Positions 1-9,453 of a stretch of DNA of 43,654 nucleotides are shown in pieces. How positions within the stretch are numbered: the first letter of the stretch is position 1; every line of letters begins with the position of its first letter. The notes beneath the pieces were generated by a model that was not told where the DNA came from, made no database searches, and saw only the letters and a program-made list of their open reading frames with translations. Made by a program: the position numbers and the translations under genes. Source of the DNA: Craspedostauros australis (Eukaryota); NCBI GenBank assembly GCA_030167865.1, contig JALAGF010004047.1, forward strand, positions 1 to 43,654, given 5' to 3'.

Positions 1-418
1 CTGTCCCAATTTGTCATTCATTCTATCCTTCCGATGGCTCGTGGATGACCATGACTCATTTTCGTGAAAATACAAATAATTCAATAATTCTATCCATTTC
101 AGTCGATTCACGCACATTCCGTTCCACACCACGCTTCCGACGTTATTTGAGCGTTTTCACAACAACGGAATGCCATAAGTGCGCAACCAACAACACAACG
201 ATCACATTTTGGTCGTTGTGTGTGTTCCTCCTTTCCCCGTTTTTTGTTCGTTGTCTTGTGGCTGGAGGGAATTACTCGTAGTAGTACGCCACATGTTGTT
301 CGTTGGTGGGTCCTCGTGTGGTACGAGCTACGAGAAGTTGTTGATGTTGTTCTTGTTCTTGCTCCTCCGTTTGTTGTCAATGTCGTCGTTGTTGGATGCA
401 TGTGAGTTGAGAATATCT

Positions 419-454
419 GTTGTCAATGTCGTTGTCAATGTCGTTGTCAATGTC
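419..454. repeat. 12-nt tandem repeat (GTTGTCAATGTC)x3
   Basis: Three exact copies read directly; a further copy lies near 373. Confidence 0.9.
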
Positions 455-844
455 GTTGGTGCCCATCTGCAACAACGTCGCCGACACTCTTGTTGTGCAA
501 AGATGTTCCTGACATTCATCATCTTCATCGGATGGAGTCGCAACTGGTGTTCTGCACATCCTGCATCTTACATCTTCCACAGTCCACAGTGCACCATCAG
601 CCAACTTCTCACCGCAAGGTGGACCAAGAGATCAAGAACGAGGGAGAGCCACACGGGTATAGAGTAGCACGAAAGAAGACCCTGTCATCAATAACATCAA
701 CCCAGAGCATCAGCCACAAACGCACAACGACGCAACTGCACAAATACACACCGACATACCGACACACCGACCCACACCCATACACATACTCTGTAGAGCA
801 CAGCACAGCAAAATACCGTAACGAATCCTCCCTTCAAGATCACG

Positions 845-1810
845 ATGAACAACATGACGGCAACGGCAGCATCTTCCTCCTCTTCCTCCTCTTCCTCCTC
901 CATCATCATCCCGACAGGCAGCAACTCATCGCCTCTGAAGCAACGGTCATCATCTCCGCTGAAGAAACCGTCGTCATCGTTCGCACCATGCCCTGTTGCA
1001 TTCACTTGCGATGAACAACGACCCGTGCCTTCTCCACCAAAGAGCAAGCGAGTGTCGACGTGCTTGAAGGCATGCGTGGTTCTTGACATGATGCTTTCGG
1101 CTCTTTACCTCAGCATCTATATCATCTACGGGAAGTTCGACTTGCTGGGAACGCTGATCCAGCAGCCACAGCCACAGCACCAGCAGCATTACCAGCAGCA
1201 CCACCATCATCAGCATCAGCGGCACTATCAATATCAGCAGCAACAGCAACATGACCATTCGCAGAATCCGCACATTCTGCATCATCCGAAGCCTCGCAAT
1301 CACGATCATCACCAGCAACCAGAGGATCGATTGCGAAGAGACAATCACGCAGCCTCGCCACCATCGTCATCGAAGTTGCGCGGCGTGGCCTCCGGTAATC
1401 ATCCCAAAACAATGACGAGACGCGGTATGGCGCAACCACATGAGTTCGTCGCACCATCACTGCAGACCTTGCACAATGGCATGGCCGTGCAGTATGGAAT
1501 CGATCAGGCATACCAACAAACGACGGATCAACAGCATAATGATGAGCAGCAACAGCAACAGAAACTGTCGCTCCACAATCACAATCACAATCTCCATTGG
1601 TATGAAGCGGTGGTGACACGAGATCCCATTCCTCATCCGAACGGCGAGTACCATCTCATCCATCTGCTCCTCCTCCGCCCAACGGATGGGGATGCCGTGC
1701 ACCAGAAGGAGCCATGGACACAGCAGGCGTACGCCGCACGCTTCTACGGAGCGGAGGATATTCATTGGCGGCAAGTGGCCAGCTCCATGGAGGACGTGTC
1801 ATCGTCATGA
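845..1810 (+). CDS. Hypothetical single-pass membrane protein with low-complexity S/Q/H tracts
   Basis: 321-aa ATG ORF preceded by a C/A-rich leader; poly-S N-terminus, one hydrophobic segment (ACVVLDMMLSALYLSIYIIYG), Q/H tracts; no family motif recognised. Confidence 0.6.
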   Translation: MNNMTATAASSSSSSSSSSIIIPTGSNSSPLKQRSSSPLKKPSSSFAPCPVAFTCDEQRPVPSPPKSKRVSTCLKACVVLDMMLSALYLSIYIIYGKFDLLGTLIQQPQPQHQQHYQQHHHHQHQRHYQYQQQQQHDHSQNPHILHHPKPRNHDHHQQPEDRLRRDNHAASPPSSSKLRGVASGNHPKTMTRRGMAQPHEFVAPSLQTLHNGMAVQYGIDQAYQQTTDQQHNDEQQQQQKLSLHNHNHNLHWYEAVVTRDPIPHPNGEYHLIHLLLLRPTDGDAVHQKEPWTQQAYAARFYGAEDIHWRQVASSMEDVSSS

Positions 1811-2563
1811 TGATGCACGAATGTCAGCGTCGGTGTGATGGGATGGCGATCATTGATGATTGAAGGTCGGCGGTTGGTGGATGCATCCGTAAGCGCGCCA
1901 ATGCGGATGCCGAAAATGCAATCTTGGCCACAACCACAATTTATGATCATGAACAGATGAGCATCTCTCAAATGGCAGACAAACCAGCTGACCAACCCAA
2001 CCTCGGCATGCAGAGGAACACATGCATTAGTTTTAGAGTTCATCATCGCTCCGCAAAACGGCAGACAACAAACTGCGTATCGGCGCTTCATTGAGTCTCA
2101 GAAGCGATGTCCATCTTGGACCAATTTCCGCTTCATCAGTTGCAATTGCATCCTGCCGCTCTTACTACTTTCACACTCCTGATTTCAGACCAGATCCGGA
2201 ATGGCCTTCCACATCACAAGCGCTGACAGAAGCGCGGTGAAAGAGATAACTGACCCCGTCGTCGCGAACGACAATGGACGCCAAGGTACCGGATATGACA
2301 AGCACTCCAAGCATCACGAAGTTTGCTGTGGAGTAGTACATGCAGTTTGCTATGAGCTTGAGACTATCGTTCACCTCCGCACACATCCCATTTTCTAGAG
2401 ACAATAGTCTTAGGTTCATTCATTCATCGTTCGGTTTTCGTCCAGATCTTTGCTTTGGATGGCATGAAAGAGCGTCCCGCACTTTGTATCGCCGTGCTCG
2501 CGTTTGCAAGTTGATGCGGAGCCCAACTTACTCGCGACGCATGCGGCTACTCATGGAAGTTCT

Positions 2564-4852
2564 TCACCGCTTGGAGTACATGTCGCGCAACGTTCGTCTC
2601 ATGACTTTGTTGGATGCTGTCCGTGGCAACTCGTCGACGATGACCACATCGGAAAGGACGAAAAGCGGATTTAGTTTCGTCTTGATGCTCTCCTGCAGGC
2701 GCTCTTGCAATTCGTCCTTGTCCTTGTCCGCGTCATTAGCCACAACGTACATCACGAGCGAGGATGGACCGGCGCCGCTGCTGCTGATGGCAATCGCCGC
2801 CGATTCTTGGACCAGATGATTGCAAACGCGCTCAATCTCGATGCTGCCGACCTTGATGCCGCCGAGGTTCATGGTGTCATCGCACCGTCCCACGGCGCGG
2901 TAGTAGGATCCCCAGGAGGGATCCTTGGCTCGGATCAATTCGAATACGTCGCCGTGTCGTCTCAGGCGTTCCGCATCGGGTCCTTGGGGCATGCCAGCGT
3001 AGTACGTGCTGTCGTGATCGCGATTGAGCAACGTCGTGGACATGCCTACAGAAGGCGGCACGAGCGCAATCTCGCCCGTGATGATGGTGTTGCCTGCCGA
3101 CTCTGCGGTTTGATCGTTTGCGTTTTCTGCAGGAAGGAAGGCACTGTCCGTATTCACAGACATCTTCGTGCCATCACCGCTGCCATCATCCTGAAGCAAC
3201 CACAGCTGCGATCCCAAGACAGGCGTGGAGAACATGCCCGGCACGTTGGGCTGCATCATGGTGGAAGAGAGGAAGGAGCCACCGATTTCCGTGCCACCGC
3301 AGTACTCAATGACGGGCGCGTATTCCGAAATGCGGCTCATTAGCCACAGGTAGGTGTTGGCATCGCTGGCCTCGCCGGTGCTGGTGAATCGCTGGATTCT
3401 GGACCAGGCGCAATCCTTCAAGCAGTCGTTGGCTTTCCATGCGCGAACCAAGGATGGGATGACACCGAGCATGGTGATCTTGGATTCGGCGACGAATTGG
3501 CAGAACTGCGGCGTGGATGCAGCGCCGTTGAACAAGGCCAACGTGGCGCCGTTGATGAGCTGGTAGATGAGCCATGGCCCCATCATCCAACCGATGTTGG
3601 TTGGCCATGCCGCAATATCCCCCTTCTTGATGTCCTGGTGATAATGGCCATCCACCGCGCACTTGATGGGCGTCGAATGAGACCAGACGATTGCCTTGGG
3701 TTCGCCGGTCGTTCCACTGCTGAATAGGATGGTGCACGGATCTAACGAAGAACAGACAACGGGTTCATATTCCACGCTGGTGCTTGGCGATTGCAAGAAG
3801 TCCTTCCAGGCGACATCCAGATCCGAGCGCATCATATCGCCGACGGAATCATGCAATGCAGCTTCTTCCAACGACGCCATGTACGCTGCGTCCCCGTCCT
3901 CGTCCTCACCGCTGTCGTCTTCACCCTTGTCTTGCGGTGGAGCAGTTGACTTGCCGTGCAGACGAGCTGGCAGAACGATGGCCGGGAACGGTGATTGGCT
4001 GTTCTCCTGGTGCAGAAGCTGCTGCGCTTGAAGAACACGGGCAAAGAGAGGCAACGCCTTCTCCGCAGACTCGACGCGATGGATGACATCCTGCGTGAAG
4101 ACGCACTTGGCCTGTCCCAACCGGCAACGCATCGCGATGGATTCCGGCGCAAAGGAATCTGGAATGCAAACGACGGTGCACCCAGCCTGAACAATGCCCA
4201 GATATATGGCGACGCTCTCCGGGGTCATGGGCATGCAGATGGCAACGGCATCGCCCTTCTGCATGTTGAGAGAGGACAGCGAGGTGGAGACCCGGTTTGC
4301 GATTTGGCGCAGTCGCTTGGATGTCCATCTGCGCAGTTCCTTTGGCGCGGCTTCGGTTGCGAAGACGATGGCCGTATCAGAATCGTCGAGGGGAAAGCAG
4401 GATTTGGCAATGTTCAATCGTCCATCTGGAAAGTAAGACGTTGCAACGTTGTTGTTGTTGTTGTTGTCATAGGCAAACACCTTGGTTGGCTGCGCGTCCC
4501 ATTGAACACCAATGCGCTTGGCCGATTCCATCCAAAAGTCCTCCCTGTGCTGAATGCTCCATCGGTAAAAGTGTTCGTAGCCATCGACATCCGGCAGCGT
4601 CTGCATCATCTTGTATATGTTGGACGCGACCTTGTGCTCCCGCGATGGAATCCACGCTGCGCGGATGCGTTCGTCCGTGCATCCCTCGTAGACGATCTGG
4701 TGCGCCAACCGATGCACGTCGAACGGCATGGAGGGACTGAGGAACTGGTAATGCAGCACCGCCCACAGAACGCGCGGTGAGGCGTCCTCTCCCGCAAAGG
4801 ATTTGGCGATTTCGACGCGATTGCGCGCCTTTTCCATCATCTCGTCCGTCAT
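2564..4852 (-). CDS. AMP-dependent acyl-CoA synthetase, plant AAE17/AAE18-like
   Basis: AMP-binding ILFSSGTTGEPKAI plus WPTNIGWMMGPWLIY, EYCGGTEIGG, RRHGD, GRCDDTMNLGGIKVGSIEIERVCN and LPRTASNKVMRR. Start placed at MTDEMM (4852, 762 aa); the frame stays open to 5236. Confidence 0.9.
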   Translation of the reverse strand: MTDEMMEKARNRVEIAKSFAGEDASPRVLWAVLHYQFLSPSMPFDVHRLAHQIVYEGCTDERIRAAWIPSREHKVASNIYKMMQTLPDVDGYEHFYRWSIQHREDFWMESAKRIGVQWDAQPTKVFAYDNNNNNNVATSYFPDGRLNIAKSCFPLDDSDTAIVFATEAAPKELRRWTSKRLRQIANRVSTSLSSLNMQKGDAVAICMPMTPESVAIYLGIVQAGCTVVCIPDSFAPESIAMRCRLGQAKCVFTQDVIHRVESAEKALPLFARVLQAQQLLHQENSQSPFPAIVLPARLHGKSTAPPQDKGEDDSGEDEDGDAAYMASLEEAALHDSVGDMMRSDLDVAWKDFLQSPSTSVEYEPVVCSSLDPCTILFSSGTTGEPKAIVWSHSTPIKCAVDGHYHQDIKKGDIAAWPTNIGWMMGPWLIYQLINGATLALFNGAASTPQFCQFVAESKITMLGVIPSLVRAWKANDCLKDCAWSRIQRFTSTGEASDANTYLWLMSRISEYAPVIEYCGGTEIGGSFLSSTMMQPNVPGMFSTPVLGSQLWLLQDDGSGDGTKMSVNTDSAFLPAENANDQTAESAGNTIITGEIALVPPSVGMSTTLLNRDHDSTYYAGMPQGPDAERLRRHGDVFELIRAKDPSWGSYYRAVGRCDDTMNLGGIKVGSIEIERVCNHLVQESAAIAISSSGAGPSSLVMYVVANDADKDKDELQERLQESIKTKLNPLFVLSDVVIVDELPRTASNKVMRRTLRDMYSKR

Positions 4853-5719
4853 CGTGGAGCACTGGCGGGTGCGGCAGAGCGTGTATGAGGTCTTGTCGGG
4901 CGTGTCAGGCGTGTCAGGCGTAGCAGGAAGTCGACTGCAAGCGCTACGTCCGAAGCGCGAGGACTGTCTTCGCTGCAGTTGCTGCAATCGACTCTGCCGT
5001 GGATGGTAACGTGCAGAGTTTCGCAGAACTTCCGACCTCGCTGTCAGCACTCGCACAAGTCCTCGTACGTCTGCACAAGAATGGATCTGTCTCCAAAGGG
5101 GCACTTGCGTTGCGACTCGAGTTCCTGCTTCAGCTGATGCCAGCATTGTGAAATGTAACACCCACACGGCTACGATACCTACATCCCCAACCAACACATC
5201 GATGCCGGTCTCGCCACCCATCATCGCCATCGTCAACCCTCTCTCTCTTGCGGCACGGTCGCGATCTCATCGTGGACAAGCCACCAGAACAAAAGATCCG
5301 ACATTTCGGTCAATCTGTGTGACGCCATACCATTTGATTATTGGATACAATACGTCACACGACGACACACAACATGACTGAACCACGCTTTCAATTCACG
5401 AGTACTCATGATCAACACACACATTCCCGCCAAAACTGATGCAGTCTGTCCGGATGCACGTAAAACGGCGCCAAATTCAACCACGTTGGAGATCTGGCGA
5501 AACGCTTTTTTGTGTTGGAAGTGTCATTGCGAGATTCGGCATCGATACCATCCACATTCCTTGGGAGACTGACAAAGCCAAAGTCCAAGACGCTTAGATC
5601 TGACCATTGCGGCGCTCACTGTCCACGTACTGCTGCCGATCACTCGTCGCGAGATTTCACAAAGAGACACAGACAACGAGAGACATTCGACGGCACCACG
5701 CGAAAGGAAGAGCAGAGCA
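4853..5719. promoter_or_regulatory. Divergent (likely bidirectional) promoter region between the acyl-CoA synthetase and SRP receptor beta
   Basis: Head-to-head gene arrangement only; no specific element assigned. Confidence 0.4.
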
Positions 5720-6730
5720 ATGACGCAAGCTGATGACCCGCTGGTGACCGCGCAAGCCATTCCCGTGATGGCGGATGATGCAGGCTCCAAGGGAATGCTG
5801 CCGCAGATCCACGAGGGCCTGATGCCCTTGCTGCCACCGCCGATCGTGGCCGTCATCCAGCAGGTGGATCCCCAGTTGGAAGGACTGGTCGGAGCACCGC
5901 AGGGCGGATGCGTCTTCCTGCTCCTCACCTTGCTTTGCCTCGCCTTGTGCAGCTGGGTGGTGCGGAAGCTCACGTCACATGATGCCAGCGGCAGCGCCAA
6001 GGTGTCCGCCATCCAGGGGGGCATGGATGAGACCGACCAGTGGTTGCAAGAGACGCCGGAAGTCGCCTTTGAGCGCACGATCCTGTTCTGCGGTCCTTCC
6101 GGTGGTGGCAAGACGACCCTCTTCTATCGCATGCTGCTGTCCAACTCAGATGGCGCCGACGACAGCAACAGTAGTGCTCATGGTAGCAGTACCAGTGGAA
6201 CTATTTCCACGGTTCGCAGCATCCAGACCAACGTGGGATATTACAGAACGACGAGCACCATCCTGCGCTGCCTCGACACGCCGGGATGCTGGGGCGCCCC
6301 CAAATGGAAGCAGACCATCGCGGAGCAGTTCCAACCCAGCAAGGATCGGATCGTGCTGGTGCTGGATCTTACCCAGTCCATGGCGCAGGCGGCCGAGTAC
6401 ATTCGTGCCATGCCATCCGACGCCTCCATCCTGGTGGTGGGGGCCAAATCCAAGCTGCCCAAGGCCAAGAACGTGCGTCGCATGAAGCTCCAGTTGCGCA
6501 CCGAGCTGGAGCGGCTGTCCGCGTATTCATCGGCGATGACAGCGACGACCGCCAACAGCAATGGCAACAACGCAAGCAACGACAGCAGCGCCAACAATTG
6601 GGAGGAATATCTGAATGCGAAGGTGGGGTTTTTGGGCATGTCCGTCAAGGAAGATTCGGCGTTGGGATGGAAGGAATTGATGGACTACTGTGCAACAGGC
6701 AAGCTGCCCGAAGTTAAAGGGAGGAAATGA
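5720..6730 (+). CDS. SRPRB: Signal recognition particle receptor beta subunit (small GTPase)
   Basis: N-terminal TM anchor (CVFLLLTLLCLALCSWVV), P-loop GPSGGGKT, TVRSIQTN, G3 DTPG, and the SR-beta-type helix KAKN..MKLQLRTELERL. Confidence 0.8.
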   Translation: MTQADDPLVTAQAIPVMADDAGSKGMLPQIHEGLMPLLPPPIVAVIQQVDPQLEGLVGAPQGGCVFLLLTLLCLALCSWVVRKLTSHDASGSAKVSAIQGGMDETDQWLQETPEVAFERTILFCGPSGGGKTTLFYRMLLSNSDGADDSNSSAHGSSTSGTISTVRSIQTNVGYYRTTSTILRCLDTPGCWGAPKWKQTIAEQFQPSKDRIVLVLDLTQSMAQAAEYIRAMPSDASILVVGAKSKLPKAKNVRRMKLQLRTELERLSAYSSAMTATTANSNGNNASNDSSANNWEEYLNAKVGFLGMSVKEDSALGWKELMDYCATGKLPEVKGRK

Positions 6731-7076
6731 GCCGAGCTTGAGCTGGGCTCAACAATGAGTATAGTACATTGATCTGCACTTGGAGTAGAGCTTAGTGGAG
6801 TGAAGCAAATCGATGGAATGTTGCGTTTTTTCGTCTGAAACATGAGACAATGGTTGCTCCATTAAATCCGACGAACGGATGTATCTACTGCCAACGACCT
6901 TGCACATGGTGGCCTGGTACTTGTGCCATCTTTTTGCCGATTTCATGGAGCAGTGCAATGAAGTTGAATATTGCAGGTGCAATAGAACAAGGGCTTGATT
7001 GTCACCACTCTACATAGTCGTACGAGTGCAATCACTCCACGATCCTCGACAAGAACACCCCACAAGAAGTTGAGTG

Positions 7077-8612
7077 CTAGTTGCTATCCAATTCATCGTC
7101 GACATCGACTTGCTCTTTGGCCTTGCCGCTCCTTGGATCAATCTCCGGCCACCACAATGGCAGGTACGGCAAGTATCGCAGTTCAATGCGATCGTTGTCA
7201 CCCACAATGACCTTATTCAAGTGGGACCATCCAGCAGGAGCAGCTGCGTTCTGCTTCCTCCCGCTGGATGACGGCAGCAGCAACCCCAAACGATCCAATC
7301 GCATCTGCGCCAGCACCACATTCGTGCCTTCCGTTGGAACCGAGATGATATGGCCGATCGTCTTGCCATCATCGGGATCCACAAGGGCGTCACCGATCTT
7401 GACCTGCGTCGCGCAAAAGTCGAGCAGCGGATCGGCGAGCTCCTGCAATTTGAGGAGGCTGTCATCCTCGTCGTCACCCTGCGACGGTATCTGCCCTGTC
7501 ATCATTCCGACCATCGACCCGGCCGCTGCGATGGACAGCCTTGGAAGCGGGGACAAAGGCTTGCCCAACGTCATGTCCAGCACGTTGGATACGGACGAAG
7601 CTGAGGCATCCTCGCTGCCATGCTGTTGTTTCTGTTGTTGCTGCTGCTGCTGAATGCTGGATGCCACGATCCATGGCTGCGGTATCTGCATGTGTTTCGT
7701 CGTGAGGAAGAGCGGCACGATGCGCTTGCGGATGGCGCCGGTGTGCTGCACGCGCGCCGTCAGCTCCTGACCCAAGTAACACCCCTTCGAGAAGCTGACG
7801 GCATTCAAGAACTCCTGGTTGGATTCCAACGCGATCTTGCCCTGCAGCTCATCGGAACCTTCCGCGATGCCGGCGAGGCGGCGAATGAAATCGTACGTGC
7901 CGGGCGCGTCGGGAAATTCGGACGTCTTGATGAGGCTGTTGATGTCCATGACATCGGCGTCATCCTTCTTCCAGTTGAGCAAGCGCAGACCCAACGAAGG
8001 GTGGCGCGGATCCAATCCGGCGAGGTACCCATTGGGCGGCGTGACTATGCTGGCCTGCGTGCCGTAGATGGCATGCGACGAAACCTTCGATGTGACGTCC
8101 TCGATCTGAATCTTGCGCTGGCGCCGCGTGCGGAACATCTGCAGGTGTTGCAGGAATGCTGCAGCACCGCCGTCGCTAGTGCTGTTGTCAGTGCTGTCGT
8201 TCGTACCGTTGTCAGTGCTGTCGTCAGTGCTGCTGCTAGAGGCTGGCAGATCGATGAAGTATTGCTCCTCATCCACCTTCCACAGCAGCGAATCCGTGAG
8301 AATGCGCCCCTTGTTGTCGAGGAAGCACGCGGAACGCAGCGAATCCGTGAATCGCACCTCCAAGTCATCCTCGTGATCCCCGTTCATCTCTTCACGTGGT
8401 GGGACGGGATCAGCGGTGAGATCGCACGTCACCAGGCCCTGCAGGTAGGTCTGAGCGTTGGGACCGGAGACCGAGATGATGCGTCTGCCATTGCGCACGC
8501 CGTTGCTGCTGCTGCTGATCAGCTCGGCGGAGGACAGGGCCTCATGACCTCGCGACCACAAGCGCCCGAAGTTGCCGCGCAACGTGGCTGTGATCTTCGC
8601 TGTCGTCGACAT
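7077..8612 (-). CDS. IBA57: Mitochondrial Fe-S cluster assembly factor IBA57/CAF17 (YgfZ/GcvT family)
   Basis: Signature SFSKGCYLGQELTAR; ISVSGPNAQTYLQGLVTCD, FLDNKGRIL and DPRHPSLGLR; Arg/Thr-rich presequence-like N-terminus. Confidence 0.93.
   Translation of the reverse strand: MSTTAKITATLRGNFGRLWSRGHEALSSAELISSSSNGVRNGRRIISVSGPNAQTYLQGLVTCDLTADPVPPREEMNGDHEDDLEVRFTDSLRSACFLDNKGRILTDSLLWKVDEEQYFIDLPASSSSTDDSTDNGTNDSTDNSTSDGGAAAFLQHLQMFRTRRQRKIQIEDVTSKVSSHAIYGTQASIVTPPNGYLAGLDPRHPSLGLRLLNWKKDDADVMDINSLIKTSEFPDAPGTYDFIRRLAGIAEGSDELQGKIALESNQEFLNAVSFSKGCYLGQELTARVQHTGAIRKRIVPLFLTTKHMQIPQPWIVASSIQQQQQQQKQQHGSEDASASSVSNVLDMTLGKPLSPLPRLSIAAAGSMVGMMTGQIPSQGDDEDDSLLKLQELADPLLDFCATQVKIGDALVDPDDGKTIGHIISVPTEGTNVVLAQMRLDRLGLLLPSSSGRKQNAAAPAGWSHLNKVIVGDNDRIELRYLPYLPLWWPEIDPRSGKAKEQVDVDDELDSN
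8178..8235. repeat. Degenerate 12-nt repeat encoding an STD(D/N) insertion in IBA57
   Basis: GTGCTGTYGTCA-like units; translation STDDSTDNGTNDSTDNSTSD. Confidence 0.7.
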
Positions 8613-9453
8613 GCTTTGTTCAAATGCGCTTCTCTAGTTGGATTGCACTCGTGCGAATGTGCGTCTTGATTGTATTATAATAGTAGTATAAAGGAACCTC
8701 AGGAGAGCACATGGAATGGGATCGGGTCGAGGCAATGAGAATGGAAAGGGAACGAAGAGGAATGGGATGGATGCGTTTCGGTGCCTTGGATCCGCATCAC
8801 GTTTCGTCTGGTTTCGCCACGCACAAGATCAAGAAAGATGCGTTGTTGCGAAAGCCATCGACTCATGGGATCAAATCCGTCCAACGCAGCACGTTTGGGG
8901 GTCAATCGTGTGGAAGTGATTGAAGCGCTGCACACGATTTCTACGACCGAGAGGTCTCACGAGGTCCATTCCGGAATTATGAGAACGGTGACATCACAGA
9001 TGCCATCAAATCAAAACCGTCCACCAAAGACATCAAGAAGAAAAAGAATCTTGGGCGACCACGCACTCACGTTGACCGCGATCCACCCTCACATCAAGGA
9101 AGCAAGCGAGAAACGAAACTCCAACCAATGCAATTGCTCGTTCGGATACCCACGAACGCCGTTGTGCCAAAGAAAGACATCAAAGACGCTGACAACTGCG
9201 TTGCTGGGGATGCGAAACCTCCCATGGGAACAGATCGAGCTCCTGAAGATACGACCTCCTCCACTTCGCACAACAGACGACATCCATCACACAACGCAAA
9301 GCAACATCAGACTCAGCGTAACTTGCTACGTGTATATGGTAGTTCGACCTTCGAACATCGCTATCTGACTCTTCCTCGCTCGCTCTGCAAACTCTTGTCT
9401 TGGCATTGCCATCAACCCTGCCATCAACCCTGACATCAACCCTGGCATCTGCA
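8613..9453. promoter_or_regulatory. Divergent promoter region between IBA57 and the carrier gene
   Basis: Head-to-head arrangement; AT-rich TATTATAATAGTAGTATA patch near 8673-8690 just upstream of IBA57. Confidence 0.4.

Noticed and set aside
1-700. Short Cys-containing ORFs (CRMC, CTSC) as a zinc finger
   Set aside because: Only isolated CxxC pairs in short conflicting frames.
2528-2566. Stop-codon readthrough of the acyl-CoA synthetase to expose a cryptic PTS1
   Set aside because: The extension RTSMSSRMRRE contains SRM internally but does not end in a PTS1.
7620-8669. 349-aa plus-strand ORF and similar antisense or shifted ORFs over the real genes
   Set aside because: Shadow ORFs produced by GC-rich codon bias; no motifs.
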